A stretch of DNA of 64,000 nucleotides from positions 37,005-101,004 of the forward strand of contig JALUTT010000120.1 in NCBI GenBank assembly GCA_027021705.1. The letters are read 5' to 3'. The DNA comes from Anaerolineae bacterium (GTDB lineage Bacteria > Chloroflexota > Anaerolineae > S140-20). Position 1 is the first letter of the stretch, and each line of letters begins with the position of its first letter. The position numbers were made by a program, and so were the translations under genes. Below the pieces are notes generated by a model. That model was not told the DNA's origin and did not search any database. It saw only the letters and a list, made by a program, of their open reading frames with translations. Of this stretch, positions 55,617 to 64,000 are shown one piece after another.

Positions 55617-56405
55617 TCATCCCTCATCCCCCCTCCCCCCACCCCCCCTCGTCGCCTCGCCCCCCATCGCCTCATCCCTCCTCCCCCCCTCCGCCAGCCA
55701 CTCGGCCAGATGGCGGACGGTGATGGGGAGCCCCTGCCGCCGTACCCCTCCCGCGATCTGCATCAGGCAGCTCCAGTCGCAGCCGACGAGGAGGTCGGCC
55801 CCGCTGGCCTGCACCGCCCGGAGCTTGCGGGCCAGCATCGCCCCCGACAGGGCCTCGAAGTGGACGGCGAAGAGGCCGCCGAAGCCGCAGCAGGTCTCGG
55901 CCTCCGGCAGGGGGAGGTAGCGAGCCCCGGCGACCGCCTGGATCAGCCGCTCCGGTTGTCGGCGCACCCCCAGCATCCGCGTCAGGTGGCAGGAAGGGTG
56001 GTAGGTCACCGTTCCCTCGTAGCGGGCGCCCAGGTCGTCAACGCCCAGGCCGTCCACCAGGTACTGGCTCAACTCGTAGGTCTGGGCGGCCAGCGCCTCC
56101 CATCGGGTGCGCAGGGGGCCGTCGTCCAGCAGTTCGGCGTAGCCGTGGCGCACCATCGCCACACAGGAGCCGGAGGGGGCGACCACCGGCAGGGCCGGGT
56201 CGAAGGTCTGGACCCAGTGCTCGGCCATGGAGCGGGCCTCGGCCCACCGCCCCACGTTGAAGGCCGGCTGCCCGCAGCAGGTCTGGCCGGGGGGGAAGCG
56301 GACCCGGACCCCCAGGCGTTCCAGGAGCTGCACGGTGGCGATCCCGATCTCGGGCCTCAGCCAGTCCACCAGACAGGTGACGAAAAGCTGCACGGTTGGG
56401 CTCAT
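55617..56405 (-). CDS. lutA: Lactate utilization Fe-S protein A (CCG domains)
   Basis: LFVTCLVD, QTCCGQPAFN, PSGSC, YHPSCH, CCGFGGLF. Confidence 0.88.
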   Translation of the reverse strand: MSPTVQLFVTCLVDWLRPEIGIATVQLLERLGVRVRFPPGQTCCGQPAFNVGRWAEARSMAEHWVQTFDPALPVVAPSGSCVAMVRHGYAELLDDGPLRTRWEALAAQTYELSQYLVDGLGVDDLGARYEGTVTYHPSCHLTRMLGVRRQPERLIQAVAGARYLPLPEAETCCGFGGLFAVHFEALSGAMLARKLRAVQASGADLLVGCDWSCLMQIAGGVRRQGLPITVRHLAEWLAEGGRRDEAMGGEATRGGGGRGDEG

Positions 56406-56548
56406 CGTGTCTCTCCAGGACCCCTCTCTCGAGATCACTGCACGCCGCCGCCGGTCGGGGCAGGACCTCGACGCCCCAGGCCACCCGGCCATCCGACCGG
56501 AGCCAGGCACCGGCGGGTAAGGCACAAGCGGAACAGGCGACCACCCGA

Positions 56549-57145
56549 CTACCCGACCAAAAAAGCGTAGAGCTCGCGGGGGCCGTGGACGCCCAGGGTC
56601 AGGGTCTGCTCGATGTCAGCGGTGCGGCTGGGGCCGGTGATGGCGATGAGGGCACTGCTCTGCTCCAGCCAGCGGGCCAGGTCGCCCCGCTCCCTGGCCG
56701 CCTGAATCCACGCGCTCAGGGAGGGGTAGACCTGGGCCCGGCGCACGAGGGCGATGTGGACGGGGGGAAGCAGGGAGGCGGCGCGTCGGCGGCCCGGCCC
56801 CCCGGCGATCCAGAGGGACCCTGTGTCGGCGAAGGCGGCCACGACGCCGGTGATCCCCACCTCGGCCGTCGCCCAGCGCCGCCACCGTTCCCGGCGCGGC
56901 TCCTCCTGGTGGGGCAGGACCCCGCCCAGCACCGTGACGCCCATCCGGGCCAGGGCCTCGGCCAGAGCCTGGAAGAGGGGGGTCTCCTCGCCCTCCAGCA
57001 GGACCCGCTGGGCTCCCTTGCGCCGGACGAGGGCCATCACCTGCTCCACGGCTTCGGCCTCGCTCCGGCAGCGCAGCCCCTGGGTATCAACGGCCCGCCA
57101 GGCCTCCATAAGACGCTCTAGGGGGTCGGGTGGTCGGGTGGTCAT
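56549..57145 (-). CDS. lutC: Lactate utilization protein C (LUD domain); start uncertain
   Basis: ADTGS, ASLLPPVHIA, ITGPSRTADIEQTL.LGVHGP. Confidence 0.85.
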   Translation of the reverse strand: MTTRPPDPLERLMEAWRAVDTQGLRCRSEAEAVEQVMALVRRKGAQRVLLEGEETPLFQALAEALARMGVTVLGGVLPHQEEPRRERWRRWATAEVGITGVVAAFADTGSLWIAGGPGRRRAASLLPPVHIALVRRAQVYPSLSAWIQAARERGDLARWLEQSSALIAITGPSRTADIEQTLTLGVHGPRELYAFLVG

Positions 57146-57238
57146 CTGGTCACTTGGTCGAGTGGTCGGGTGGTCGCTTGGTCGGGTGGTCATCTGGTCA
57201 TTTGGTCGAGTGGTCATTTGGTCCTCGGTCCTCAGTCC

Positions 57239-58669
57239 TCAGTCCTCAGCCCTCGGCCCTCGGCCCTCAGCCCTCAGCCCCCGCCCCGACCACCACCGGC
57301 GGAAGGGGGTGGAGGCGGGGGCGGGGAAGTCGCGGCTCGCGGTCCAACGGGCCAGCGGCCCCTTCCCCTGGCGGATCCAGCCCTCGTCGGCCTGACGGCG
57401 GAGGAGGGCCATCGCCCAGCGCCCGGCCCGCTCCCAGAGGCGGGGGTGGCGGGCGGTCCAGGCGTAGAGGCGCAGGCCCAGCCGCTCCCACCAGGGGAGC
57501 AGGTGGCCGGCCGTCCACTGCCGCCACCGCAGCAGGAGGTCCGGCAGGTGGATGCGGACGGGGCAGGCGACCTGGCAGGCCCCGCAGAGGCTGCTGGCGA
57601 AGGCCAGCTCGGCCCGCTCGCTCCCCATCAGCATCGGCGTGACGATGGAGCCGATGGGGCCGGTGTAGACGCTGGCGTAGGCGTGGCCGCCGATGGCCTG
57701 GTAGACGGGGCAGACGTTCAGGCAGGCCCCGCACCGGATGCAGAGCAGGGCTTCCTCTAGAGGAGTGCCCAGCCAGCGGGAGCGCCCGTTGTCCACCAGC
57801 ACCACGTGCAGCGCCTCGGGGCCGTCGGGCTCCTCAGCCCGGCGGGGGCCGGTCAGGAAGGAGGTGTAGACGGTCATCACCTGGCCTGTGGCGCTGCGGG
57901 CCAGCACCCGGAGCAGCACTTCCGCATCCTCCCAGGTGGGCACCACCCGCTCGATCCCCATCACCGCCACGTGGACCGGCGGAACCGTCGTCACCATCCG
58001 ACCGTTCCCCTCGTTGGTGACGAGGACCAGGGTGCCCGTCTCGGCGATGCCGAAGTTCACGCCGCTGACCCCCAGGCCGGCCTGGAGGAAGACCCGGCGC
58101 AGCGCCTGGCGGACCGTCGCCGTCATCGTCTCGATCTCGTCGGTGGGGGGCATCCCCAGGTGGCGCTGGAAGAGGGCGGAGACGTCCTCCCGGCGTTTGT
58201 GGATGGCGGGGGCGATGAGGTGGGAGGGGCGTTCGCCCGCGAGTTGGAGGATGTACTCCCCCAGGTCGGTCTCGACCACGCGGAGGCCGGCCCGCTCCAG
58301 CGCCGCGTTCAGCCCGATCTCCTCGGTCACCATAGACTTGCTCTTGGCGACCAGGGGGCTGCCGGCCTGTTGGGCCAGCCGCACGACGAGGTCGCAGGCC
58401 TCCTGGGCCGTGGCGGCCCGGTGGACGTGCCCGCCGCGGGCCTCGACGGCGGCGGTGAACTGCTCCAGGTAGCGGTCCAGGTGGGCGATGGTGTGGGCGC
58501 GGATGGCGCGGGCCTGGTCTCGGACGGCCTCGGCGTCGGGCAGGGTGGCGAAGACGGCCTCCCGCCGGACGGCGAACTGGCGGGTAGCCCGGTCCAGAGC
58601 CACCCGCAGGTGCTCGTCGGCCAGGGCCTGGACGATCCGGTCCTGGAAGGCAGGCGATGGCACTCCCAT
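57239..58669 (-). CDS. lutB: Lactate utilization protein B
   Basis: KSKSMVTEEI, ETDLGEYI, TNEGNGR, CIRCGACLNVCP, SSLCGAC..ACP. Confidence 0.92.
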   Translation of the reverse strand: MGVPSPAFQDRIVQALADEHLRVALDRATRQFAVRREAVFATLPDAEAVRDQARAIRAHTIAHLDRYLEQFTAAVEARGGHVHRAATAQEACDLVVRLAQQAGSPLVAKSKSMVTEEIGLNAALERAGLRVVETDLGEYILQLAGERPSHLIAPAIHKRREDVSALFQRHLGMPPTDEIETMTATVRQALRRVFLQAGLGVSGVNFGIAETGTLVLVTNEGNGRMVTTVPPVHVAVMGIERVVPTWEDAEVLLRVLARSATGQVMTVYTSFLTGPRRAEEPDGPEALHVVLVDNGRSRWLGTPLEEALLCIRCGACLNVCPVYQAIGGHAYASVYTGPIGSIVTPMLMGSERAELAFASSLCGACQVACPVRIHLPDLLLRWRQWTAGHLLPWWERLGLRLYAWTARHPRLWERAGRWAMALLRRQADEGWIRQGKGPLARWTASRDFPAPASTPFRRWWSGRGLRAEGRGPRAED

Positions 58670-58911
58670 AGGGGCCTCCCGGAGTCTAGACGGGGCGGGT
58701 CGGGCAGGGGGAGACGACCGCCGCGCCGGGCTCATCGTTCCCGCTACATTGTACTCCATGGTCGCAAAGGGGGCAACCCTGTAGGGCTGAGGGCTGAGGG
58801 CTGAGGACTGCGGACTGCGGACTGAAATAGGTTGTCGAAATGGGCGCTTTGTGCTACGATTGTTGGGCGTTGGTCCGGGTGCGATACCTGCGGACGGAAA
58901 GGAGCCGGACG

Positions 58912-60285
58912 GTGCCAACCCAATCTCTGCTGCAAGCCGATGGGATCGTCGTGGGGTCGGGTCCCGGCGGGGCGACGGTGGCCCGGGAACTGGCCCGGCG
59001 TGGTTGGCGGGTGCTGTTGCTGGAACGGGGTGCCGACCACCGAGGCCGCCCCTACTACGGCACCTACCTGGGCGCGTTGCTCTACACCGATCGGAGGAGC
59101 CTGCTCTTCACCCAGGAAGGGCTCAACATCATCCGCCCCCTGATGGTGGGCGGGGCGACCAGCATGTACTGCGGCTGTGCGGCCCCGCCCCCGCCCTGGC
59201 TGAAGGCCCGGTACGGGGTGGACATCACCCAGGAGGTCGCCGAGACGATGGAGGAGCTGGGGATCGCGCCCCTGCCGGCGGAGCTGCGGGGGGCCGCTTC
59301 GACCCGCATCGCCCAGGCGGCCCAGGCGCTGGGCTACGACTGGCAGCCCCAGCTCAAGTTTATGCGGCCCGACCGCAGCCGGGCCTTCCGCTGCCGGGCG
59401 ACCTGCATGCTCGGCTGCCGCTGCGGGGCCAAGTGGAACGCCGCCGAGTACGTGGAGGAGGCAGTGGCTGCCGGCGCCCGGTTGCTCACCCGCGCCCGCG
59501 TGGACCGCGTCCTGATCGAGGACGGGCAGGCCATCGGCGTCGAGGGGCGGCTGCGGGGCCGGCCCTTCGTCGCCCGGGCCTCCACCGTCGTGCTGGCGGC
59601 CGGCGGCATCGGCACCCCCCGCATCCTCCAAGCCTCCGGCTTCCGGGAGGCGGGGGTCGGCATGACGATGGACACCACGGTGATGGTCTACGGCTTCGTC
59701 CGGGAGCAGGGTATCGGCAACGAGCCCCCGATGACCTGGTCCTGGGAGGACCCCGAGGCGGGCTACATGCTCAGCACGCTGATTGACCCCTGGCTCAACT
59801 ACCCCCTGGTGATGGCCCGTCAGGGGTGGCGGGCGCTCCTCTCCTGGACCCGCTGGAACCACATCCTGGGGGTGATGATCAAGCTCAAGGACGAGGTCTC
59901 CGGTGGCGTCTTCCCCGACGGTCGCATCAGCAAGCCGATGACGGCACGGGACCGGGAGCGGCTGGCCGCCGCCCGCGAGGTCTGCCGGCGCATCCTGGTC
60001 GAGGCCGGTGCCGATCCCTCGGAGATCCTGATGACGCCGCTGCGTGGCACCCATCCCAGCGGCACGGTGCGCATCGGGGCGATGCTGGACCGGAACCTCC
60101 AGACGGAGGTGGGCGGCCTCTACGTCTGCGATGCCAGCGTCTTCCCCGAAGCCCTGGGGCGGCCCACCGTGCTGACGATCATCGGGCTGGGCAAGCGGCT
60201 GGCGAAGCACCTGGCAGGAGGGGCCGATGCCCACGGAGGCTCTGTGGAAGGAACTGGAGCGCTTTCCCCGCCTGCGGCTGGCTGA
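58912..60285 (+). CDS. GMC-family FAD oxidoreductase
   Basis: VVGSGPGG, VGGAT, LAAGGIGTP.IL..SG, HPSGT, LYVCDASVFP, PTVLTI. Confidence 0.85.
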   Translation: MPTQSLLQADGIVVGSGPGGATVARELARRGWRVLLLERGADHRGRPYYGTYLGALLYTDRRSLLFTQEGLNIIRPLMVGGATSMYCGCAAPPPPWLKARYGVDITQEVAETMEELGIAPLPAELRGAASTRIAQAAQALGYDWQPQLKFMRPDRSRAFRCRATCMLGCRCGAKWNAAEYVEEAVAAGARLLTRARVDRVLIEDGQAIGVEGRLRGRPFVARASTVVLAAGGIGTPRILQASGFREAGVGMTMDTTVMVYGFVREQGIGNEPPMTWSWEDPEAGYMLSTLIDPWLNYPLVMARQGWRALLSWTRWNHILGVMIKLKDEVSGGVFPDGRISKPMTARDRERLAAAREVCRRILVEAGADPSEILMTPLRGTHPSGTVRIGAMLDRNLQTEVGGLYVCDASVFPEALGRPTVLTIIGLGKRLAKHLAGGADAHGGSVEGTGALSPPAAG

Positions 60286-61264
60286 CTACCCGACGCCCTT
60301 GGAGCCCCTGCCCCGCCTGAGCGCCGCCCTGGGCCGGCCCCTCTACGTCAAACGGGACGATGGGGTGGGGCCGGCGATGGGGGGCAACAAGGTGCGGAAG
60401 CTGGAATACCTGCTGGCGGAGGCCCAGGCCCGGGGGGCCCGCAAGGTGGTCACCTTCGGGGGGCTGCAATCGAACCACGCCCGGATGACGGCGGCGGCGG
60501 CCCGCCGTCTGGGGATGGAACCCCACCTCTTCTTCTTCGAGCGCCGCCCGCGCCGCCTGACGGGCAACCTGCTGCTCAACGGGCTGCTGGGGGCCCGGAT
60601 GCACTTCATCCCCTTCGGGGGCGGGGGGGAGGCCGGTATGAGCCTGGAGATGACCATCCGGCTGGTGCGCTGGCTGGCCCGGCTGTGGGTGGGGCCTCAC
60701 TACTTCATCCCGGTGGGGGGCCACTCCTGGCGCGGTTGCCTGGGCTACGTGCGGGCCGCGCTGGAGCTGGACGAGCAGGCACGGGGCCTGGGCATCGAGG
60801 GAGCCTGGGTGGTCGTGGCGGCGGGCACGGGAGGGACGCTGGCGGGGCTGCTGTCCGGGCTGACGCTGAGCGGGTCGTCGCTGCGCCCCCTGGGCATTGA
60901 TGTGGGCAAGCTCTGGAAGGGCTTCCCCGCCTCTATCGCCCGGCTGGCCGGTGAGATCTGCGCCCGTCTCGGGCGGCCTCGCCCCTTCACCGCCGAGGAG
61001 GTGCCCCTCATCGAGGCCACCTACGTGGGGGAGCGGTACGGCGTGCCCTCGGCCCAGGGGACGGCCGCCCTTCGGAAGATGGCCCGGCTGGAGGGCATCC
61101 TTCTCGACCCGGTCTACACCGGCAAGGCTTTCGCCGGCCTCCTGGACCTGGTGGAGCGGGGCCGGTTGGGTCGGGATGAGCCGGTGATCTTCCTGCACAC
61201 CGGCGGGGTGCCGGGCCTCTTCGCCCTCCCGGAAAGCGTCGGACACCCTGCCGGTTTGCACTGA
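60227..61264 (+). CDS. D-cysteine desulfhydrase / ACC deaminase family PLP enzyme
   Basis: YVKRDD...GGNKVRKLEY, QSNH, GTGGT, LDPVYTGK, FLHTGG. Confidence 0.9.
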   Translation: MPTEALWKELERFPRLRLADYPTPLEPLPRLSAALGRPLYVKRDDGVGPAMGGNKVRKLEYLLAEAQARGARKVVTFGGLQSNHARMTAAAARRLGMEPHLFFFERRPRRLTGNLLLNGLLGARMHFIPFGGGGEAGMSLEMTIRLVRWLARLWVGPHYFIPVGGHSWRGCLGYVRAALELDEQARGLGIEGAWVVVAAGTGGTLAGLLSGLTLSGSSLRPLGIDVGKLWKGFPASIARLAGEICARLGRPRPFTAEEVPLIEATYVGERYGVPSAQGTAALRKMARLEGILLDPVYTGKAFAGLLDLVERGRLGRDEPVIFLHTGGVPGLFALPESVGHPAGLH

Positions 61265-61689
61265 CCATCGGGTCGTGTTACAATCGGGCGGGGGGCCTTG
61301 CCTCAAGAAGTAGGGTGAGGTAAGATATTATTACGAGGAAAAGTTTAGGTGGAAGACCTGGATTGGCCGTTCCGCCAAAGGGAGAGTAAGGGGCGAGGGG
61401 CAAGGGGCAAGAGGTGAGGCCGATGGGGGTGGCCTGACGATCTGCTGTCAACGGATCAGGAGAGCGGATTGAACGGATGATTCGGCCGGTCGGGATTCCC
61501 TTGATGAGGCACTCTTCTTGCGGAGGTCTTGGGGGTCCGGGTTTTGCCTGAGCGTTGGGAGGCCCTGGGGGGCTCAGCGGTTTGGGGGTTCTCGGGGTTT
61601 TTGAATCGGTGAGTTGCCGAGGGGGAGGGGCGGTGTCCTCGCCCCCCGCAGGATGCAGGGGGGCAGAGAGCGTAGGAGTATATACGAGG

Positions 61690-61715
61690 CCTTTCCGCAT
61701 AAGTACATGTTAGCG
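61690..61715 (+). other. Putative attI-like site (no integrase adjacent)
   Basis: CGCATAAGTACAT-GTTAGCG heads the cassette array and is not part of an upstream attC palindrome. Confidence 0.35.
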
Positions 61716-61732
61716 CGGACGCTGCGCGCCCG

Positions 61733-61785
61733 CGCTAACTGCGCGGCGGATGCCTCCGCTACGCTCCGGCCATCCGCTGCTAGCC
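61733..61785 (+). other. Short attC-like site
   Basis: CGCTAAC ... GCGGCGGATG/CATCCGCTGC stem ... GCTAGCC. Confidence 0.5.
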
Positions 61786-61809
61786 TTCGGCTCGCTGGCG
61801 CTCGCCTCC

Positions 61810-61910
61810 GGCTAACCAGCGGATGAAGCCGACCGGCTTGGTCCGCTCGGCCCTCCCTCCGGTCGGGCCGGCGGCCCTTCGCCGGCGGCTTATCCGCCGC
61901 GCAGTTAGCC
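61810..61910 (+). other. Integron attC site
   Basis: GGCTAAC-CA-GCGGATGAAGCCGACCGGC...GCCGGCGGCTTATCCGC-CGCGCA-GTTAGCC, with extrahelical bases. Confidence 0.85.
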
Positions 61911-61943
61911 GTCTTGGAATCACCCATATTTGGAATCACCGCA

Positions 61944-62603
61944 ATGGGACGCGATAATTGGTACAGAAGAACAACTTGGACTGAGTCCGATCGAGAAGCC
62001 TTTTTCGCTCGTTTGAACAGAAGTCGTAGCGCTTCCACTAAGGATCAGTACCTCAGAATCCAAGCACTCTACCTGCAGAAAGTTGGAACAGAAGAAATGC
62101 TTCGCGCCGCGCTTGAACTTCTCGATTTGTTGTTGGAGCAGTCCCCGGACTCATTTCAGTTGGCGTCAGCCTACCTCCAGAAAGCTGAGTGCTTGCTGGC
62201 TTTGGGAGACAAGGCAGGTGCGATAGAATATTTCCGTAAAGCCTTGCAAAGGGAAAGGGAATATCCGAGTGTACAAACCACAGCAGGATTAGAATTTGGC
62301 TGGATGATCGTTGAACAAGGCTTATCTCACCTCTATGATGAGGCTCTGGAAGCCATTCAAGCCTATGCGGAAAGAAAGCCAGGACCGATGTTTCCTTACC
62401 AACGCTACGTAGTCAATGCTGTTCGAGCCATAATCGCAGAGGAGCGAGGGTATCATGAAATAGCCTCCGAATTAGCACAGAGAGCACTGAACGCAGCGGC
62501 ACAGACTCACTCAGGATTCCGCTATCACCCGAAGGTTGGGCTGGTTCAAAACACAGACAATCCGATTCACTGTCGCCTCCTGGAGATTGTCGGCGGCGGC
62601 TAA
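61944..62603 (+). CDS. Cassette-borne TPR-like hypothetical protein
   Basis: Low GC, bounded by GTTAGCCG and CGGCTAAC (stop codon within it); AYLQKAECLLALGDKAGAIEYFRKAL TPR-like helix pair. Confidence 0.75.
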   Translation: MGRDNWYRRTTWTESDREAFFARLNRSRSASTKDQYLRIQALYLQKVGTEEMLRAALELLDLLLEQSPDSFQLASAYLQKAECLLALGDKAGAIEYFRKALQREREYPSVQTTAGLEFGWMIVEQGLSHLYDEALEAIQAYAERKPGPMFPYQRYVVNAVRAIIAEERGYHEIASELAQRALNAAAQTHSGFRYHPKVGLVQNTDNPIHCRLLEIVGGG

Positions 62604-62785
62604 CCTTCGCGGCGAATGGGGATTGGTAGGGCGGAGGTGAGAGTCAGGGGGAGCGGAAGGCGAATGGGGAATGATGATTCAGCAGTGAGAGCAAGGGGAA
62701 CCGAAAGCGAATGGGGGCTGGTGGGACGAAAACGGAAAGTAGGGGTTGCCTAGAGCGGATGGGGTGTTGGAGCTGAAGTGAACGG

Positions 62786-62912
62786 TCCTAACCGGCGGTT
62801 GGTGCCGACCTTTCAAATCGGCGCGGCTTGGCGTTCCGCAGATCGGATTTCGGGGCGTTGGGGGGCCTTGGTCCGGGAGGTGGAACGGCGGCACAACCGC
62901 AGGCCGTTAGGC
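62786..62912 (+). other. Integron attC site
   Basis: TCCTAAC-CG-GCGGTTGGTGCCG...CGGCACAACCGC-AGGCC-GTTAGGC. Confidence 0.8.
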
Positions 62913-62924
62913 AGGGGAAGAGTT

Positions 62925-63632
62925 ATGGGCTACAATCTAACTGATCAGCAAAAGAAACTATTGAAATGGATCGTGCAGGAAGTCCGAGAGGGGAACCTCT
63001 CCGAAGAATTTTCGGTCGCTTGGACTTTCGGGGGATGTGTTCTCGCCGACTATGAAGGCGATCCCAGCAATGTACCCAAGATCACACCAGCGCTTCTGGA
63101 TGCCCTGGCCGAGGCAGGGATGATTCTCTGCAAGCCCTCTCACAAGATGGCTAGATCTGGTCGGCTTTATGAAGCTAGTCGGACTTGTGTCCTCAAGGGT
63201 CAGGCTTACGAGGCGGTAGATACCAACTTCGAGCCCTCGCCTCCTCAAAGTGTTTCTCAAATCACCATTGGTGCTCTTATCCATACGATGAGTGGTGGGA
63301 ATGTTCAAGCGGTTGGTGTGGCACAGAATGCAGAAATCTCGCAGGTCATCGGTGATCCAGACCTGATGCGTTCCCAGGTGGAAGCTCTAACCGAGAGTTT
63401 GCTAAATGAGGTCAGGTCTGTCCTTGGGGCGGATGAGCTGGTTGAGTATGCCCAGGCTGTTCGCGATTTGAGAGAGCAATTGCTAGCAGAGAAGCCAGAC
63501 CCCTCGCTAATCCGGAAGCTCCTGCGTACTCTCGGCTTACTAGGTGACATAGAGGGAACTTTAGGATTGATGACCCGAGTTTGGTCTTTGCTGCATCCTT
63601 TGCTTCTTATCGCTGCAGCGAGGCTGGGATAG
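62925..63632 (+). CDS. Cassette-borne hypothetical protein (wHTH-like N-terminus, low-complexity beta-rich linker, helical C-terminus)
   Basis: ATG 12 bp after the attC core; lower GC than host genes. Confidence 0.7.
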   Translation: MGYNLTDQQKKLLKWIVQEVREGNLSEEFSVAWTFGGCVLADYEGDPSNVPKITPALLDALAEAGMILCKPSHKMARSGRLYEASRTCVLKGQAYEAVDTNFEPSPPQSVSQITIGALIHTMSGGNVQAVGVAQNAEISQVIGDPDLMRSQVEALTESLLNEVRSVLGADELVEYAQAVRDLREQLLAEKPDPSLIRKLLRTLGLLGDIEGTLGLMTRVWSLLHPLLLIAAARLG

Positions 63633-63687
63633 GGAAATAAACTTGGCGAGCAGGGATTGCCAGCGGTGTAGAATCGCCATCATCTTG

Positions 63688-63972
63688 CCTACCGATGAAT
63701 TGCAAAGTCAAGTCTCGGCACCTTAAAATTGCAACCAAGGTCGCCGCTCCCAGGCCCCAATGGCGACAGGCAATAGCCTCCCTACCGATGAATTGCAAAG
63801 TCAAGTCTCGGCACCTTAAAATTGCGACCAGGGTCGCCGCTCCCAGGCCCCAATGGCGACAGGCAATAGCCTCCCTACCGATGAATTGCAAAGTCAAGTC
63901 TCGGCACCTTAAAATTGCGACCAGGGTCGCCGCTCCCAGGCCCCAATGGCGACAGGCAATAGCCTCCCTACC
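63688..63972. repeat. 93-bp tandem repeat, three copies
   Basis: CCTACC unit starts at 63688, 63781, 63874 and 63967; copy 1 differs at two positions. Confidence 0.92.
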
Positions 63973-64000
63973 CCGCCGGGTGCGCCCTTTCCCACAGGGG

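Noticed and set aside
63688..63972. Possible CRISPR array
   Set aside because: Units are identical along their full 93 bp with no unique spacers, and no cas genes are in the window

Overview
High-GC bacterial chromosomal segment. Gene content and style suggest an Anaerolineae/Chloroflexota-like organism (inference). The housekeeping backbone includes a peptide ABC transporter, ahcY, rmd-gmd-manB, tatD, a polyprenyl synthase, MoxR/vWA, Slt, parC/gyrA, alaS-ruvX-mltG, rimO, rodZ, rplI, gatB, tRNA-Gln, lutBCA, a GMC oxidoreductase and a D-cysteine desulfhydrase. It is interrupted by many small accessory inserts. Highlights: (1) A CHAT (caspase-like) protease and a nearby STAND-like ATPase share an identical GDVAGRDI amyloid-like motif, and in the ATPase it lies inside the NTPase domain. 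An orphan Bell-domain/amyloid-motif protein lies about 46 kb away. Together these suggest an amyloid-coupled immune or cell-death signalling system. (2) A 439-aa LAGLIDADG intein sits in the active site of GDP-mannose 4,6-dehydratase. (3) There are two integrase-less integron cassette clusters. One appears to have landed inside a DUF4160 gene and carries a CARF-like protein; the other has an attI-like site and ORF-less mini-cassettes. (4) A 122-bp MITE with GTAA-type ends and 8-bp target duplications (IS66-like) is present in five copies. (5) Several two-gene TA or defence-like modules are present. All family assignments come from motif recognition by eye; no searches were run.
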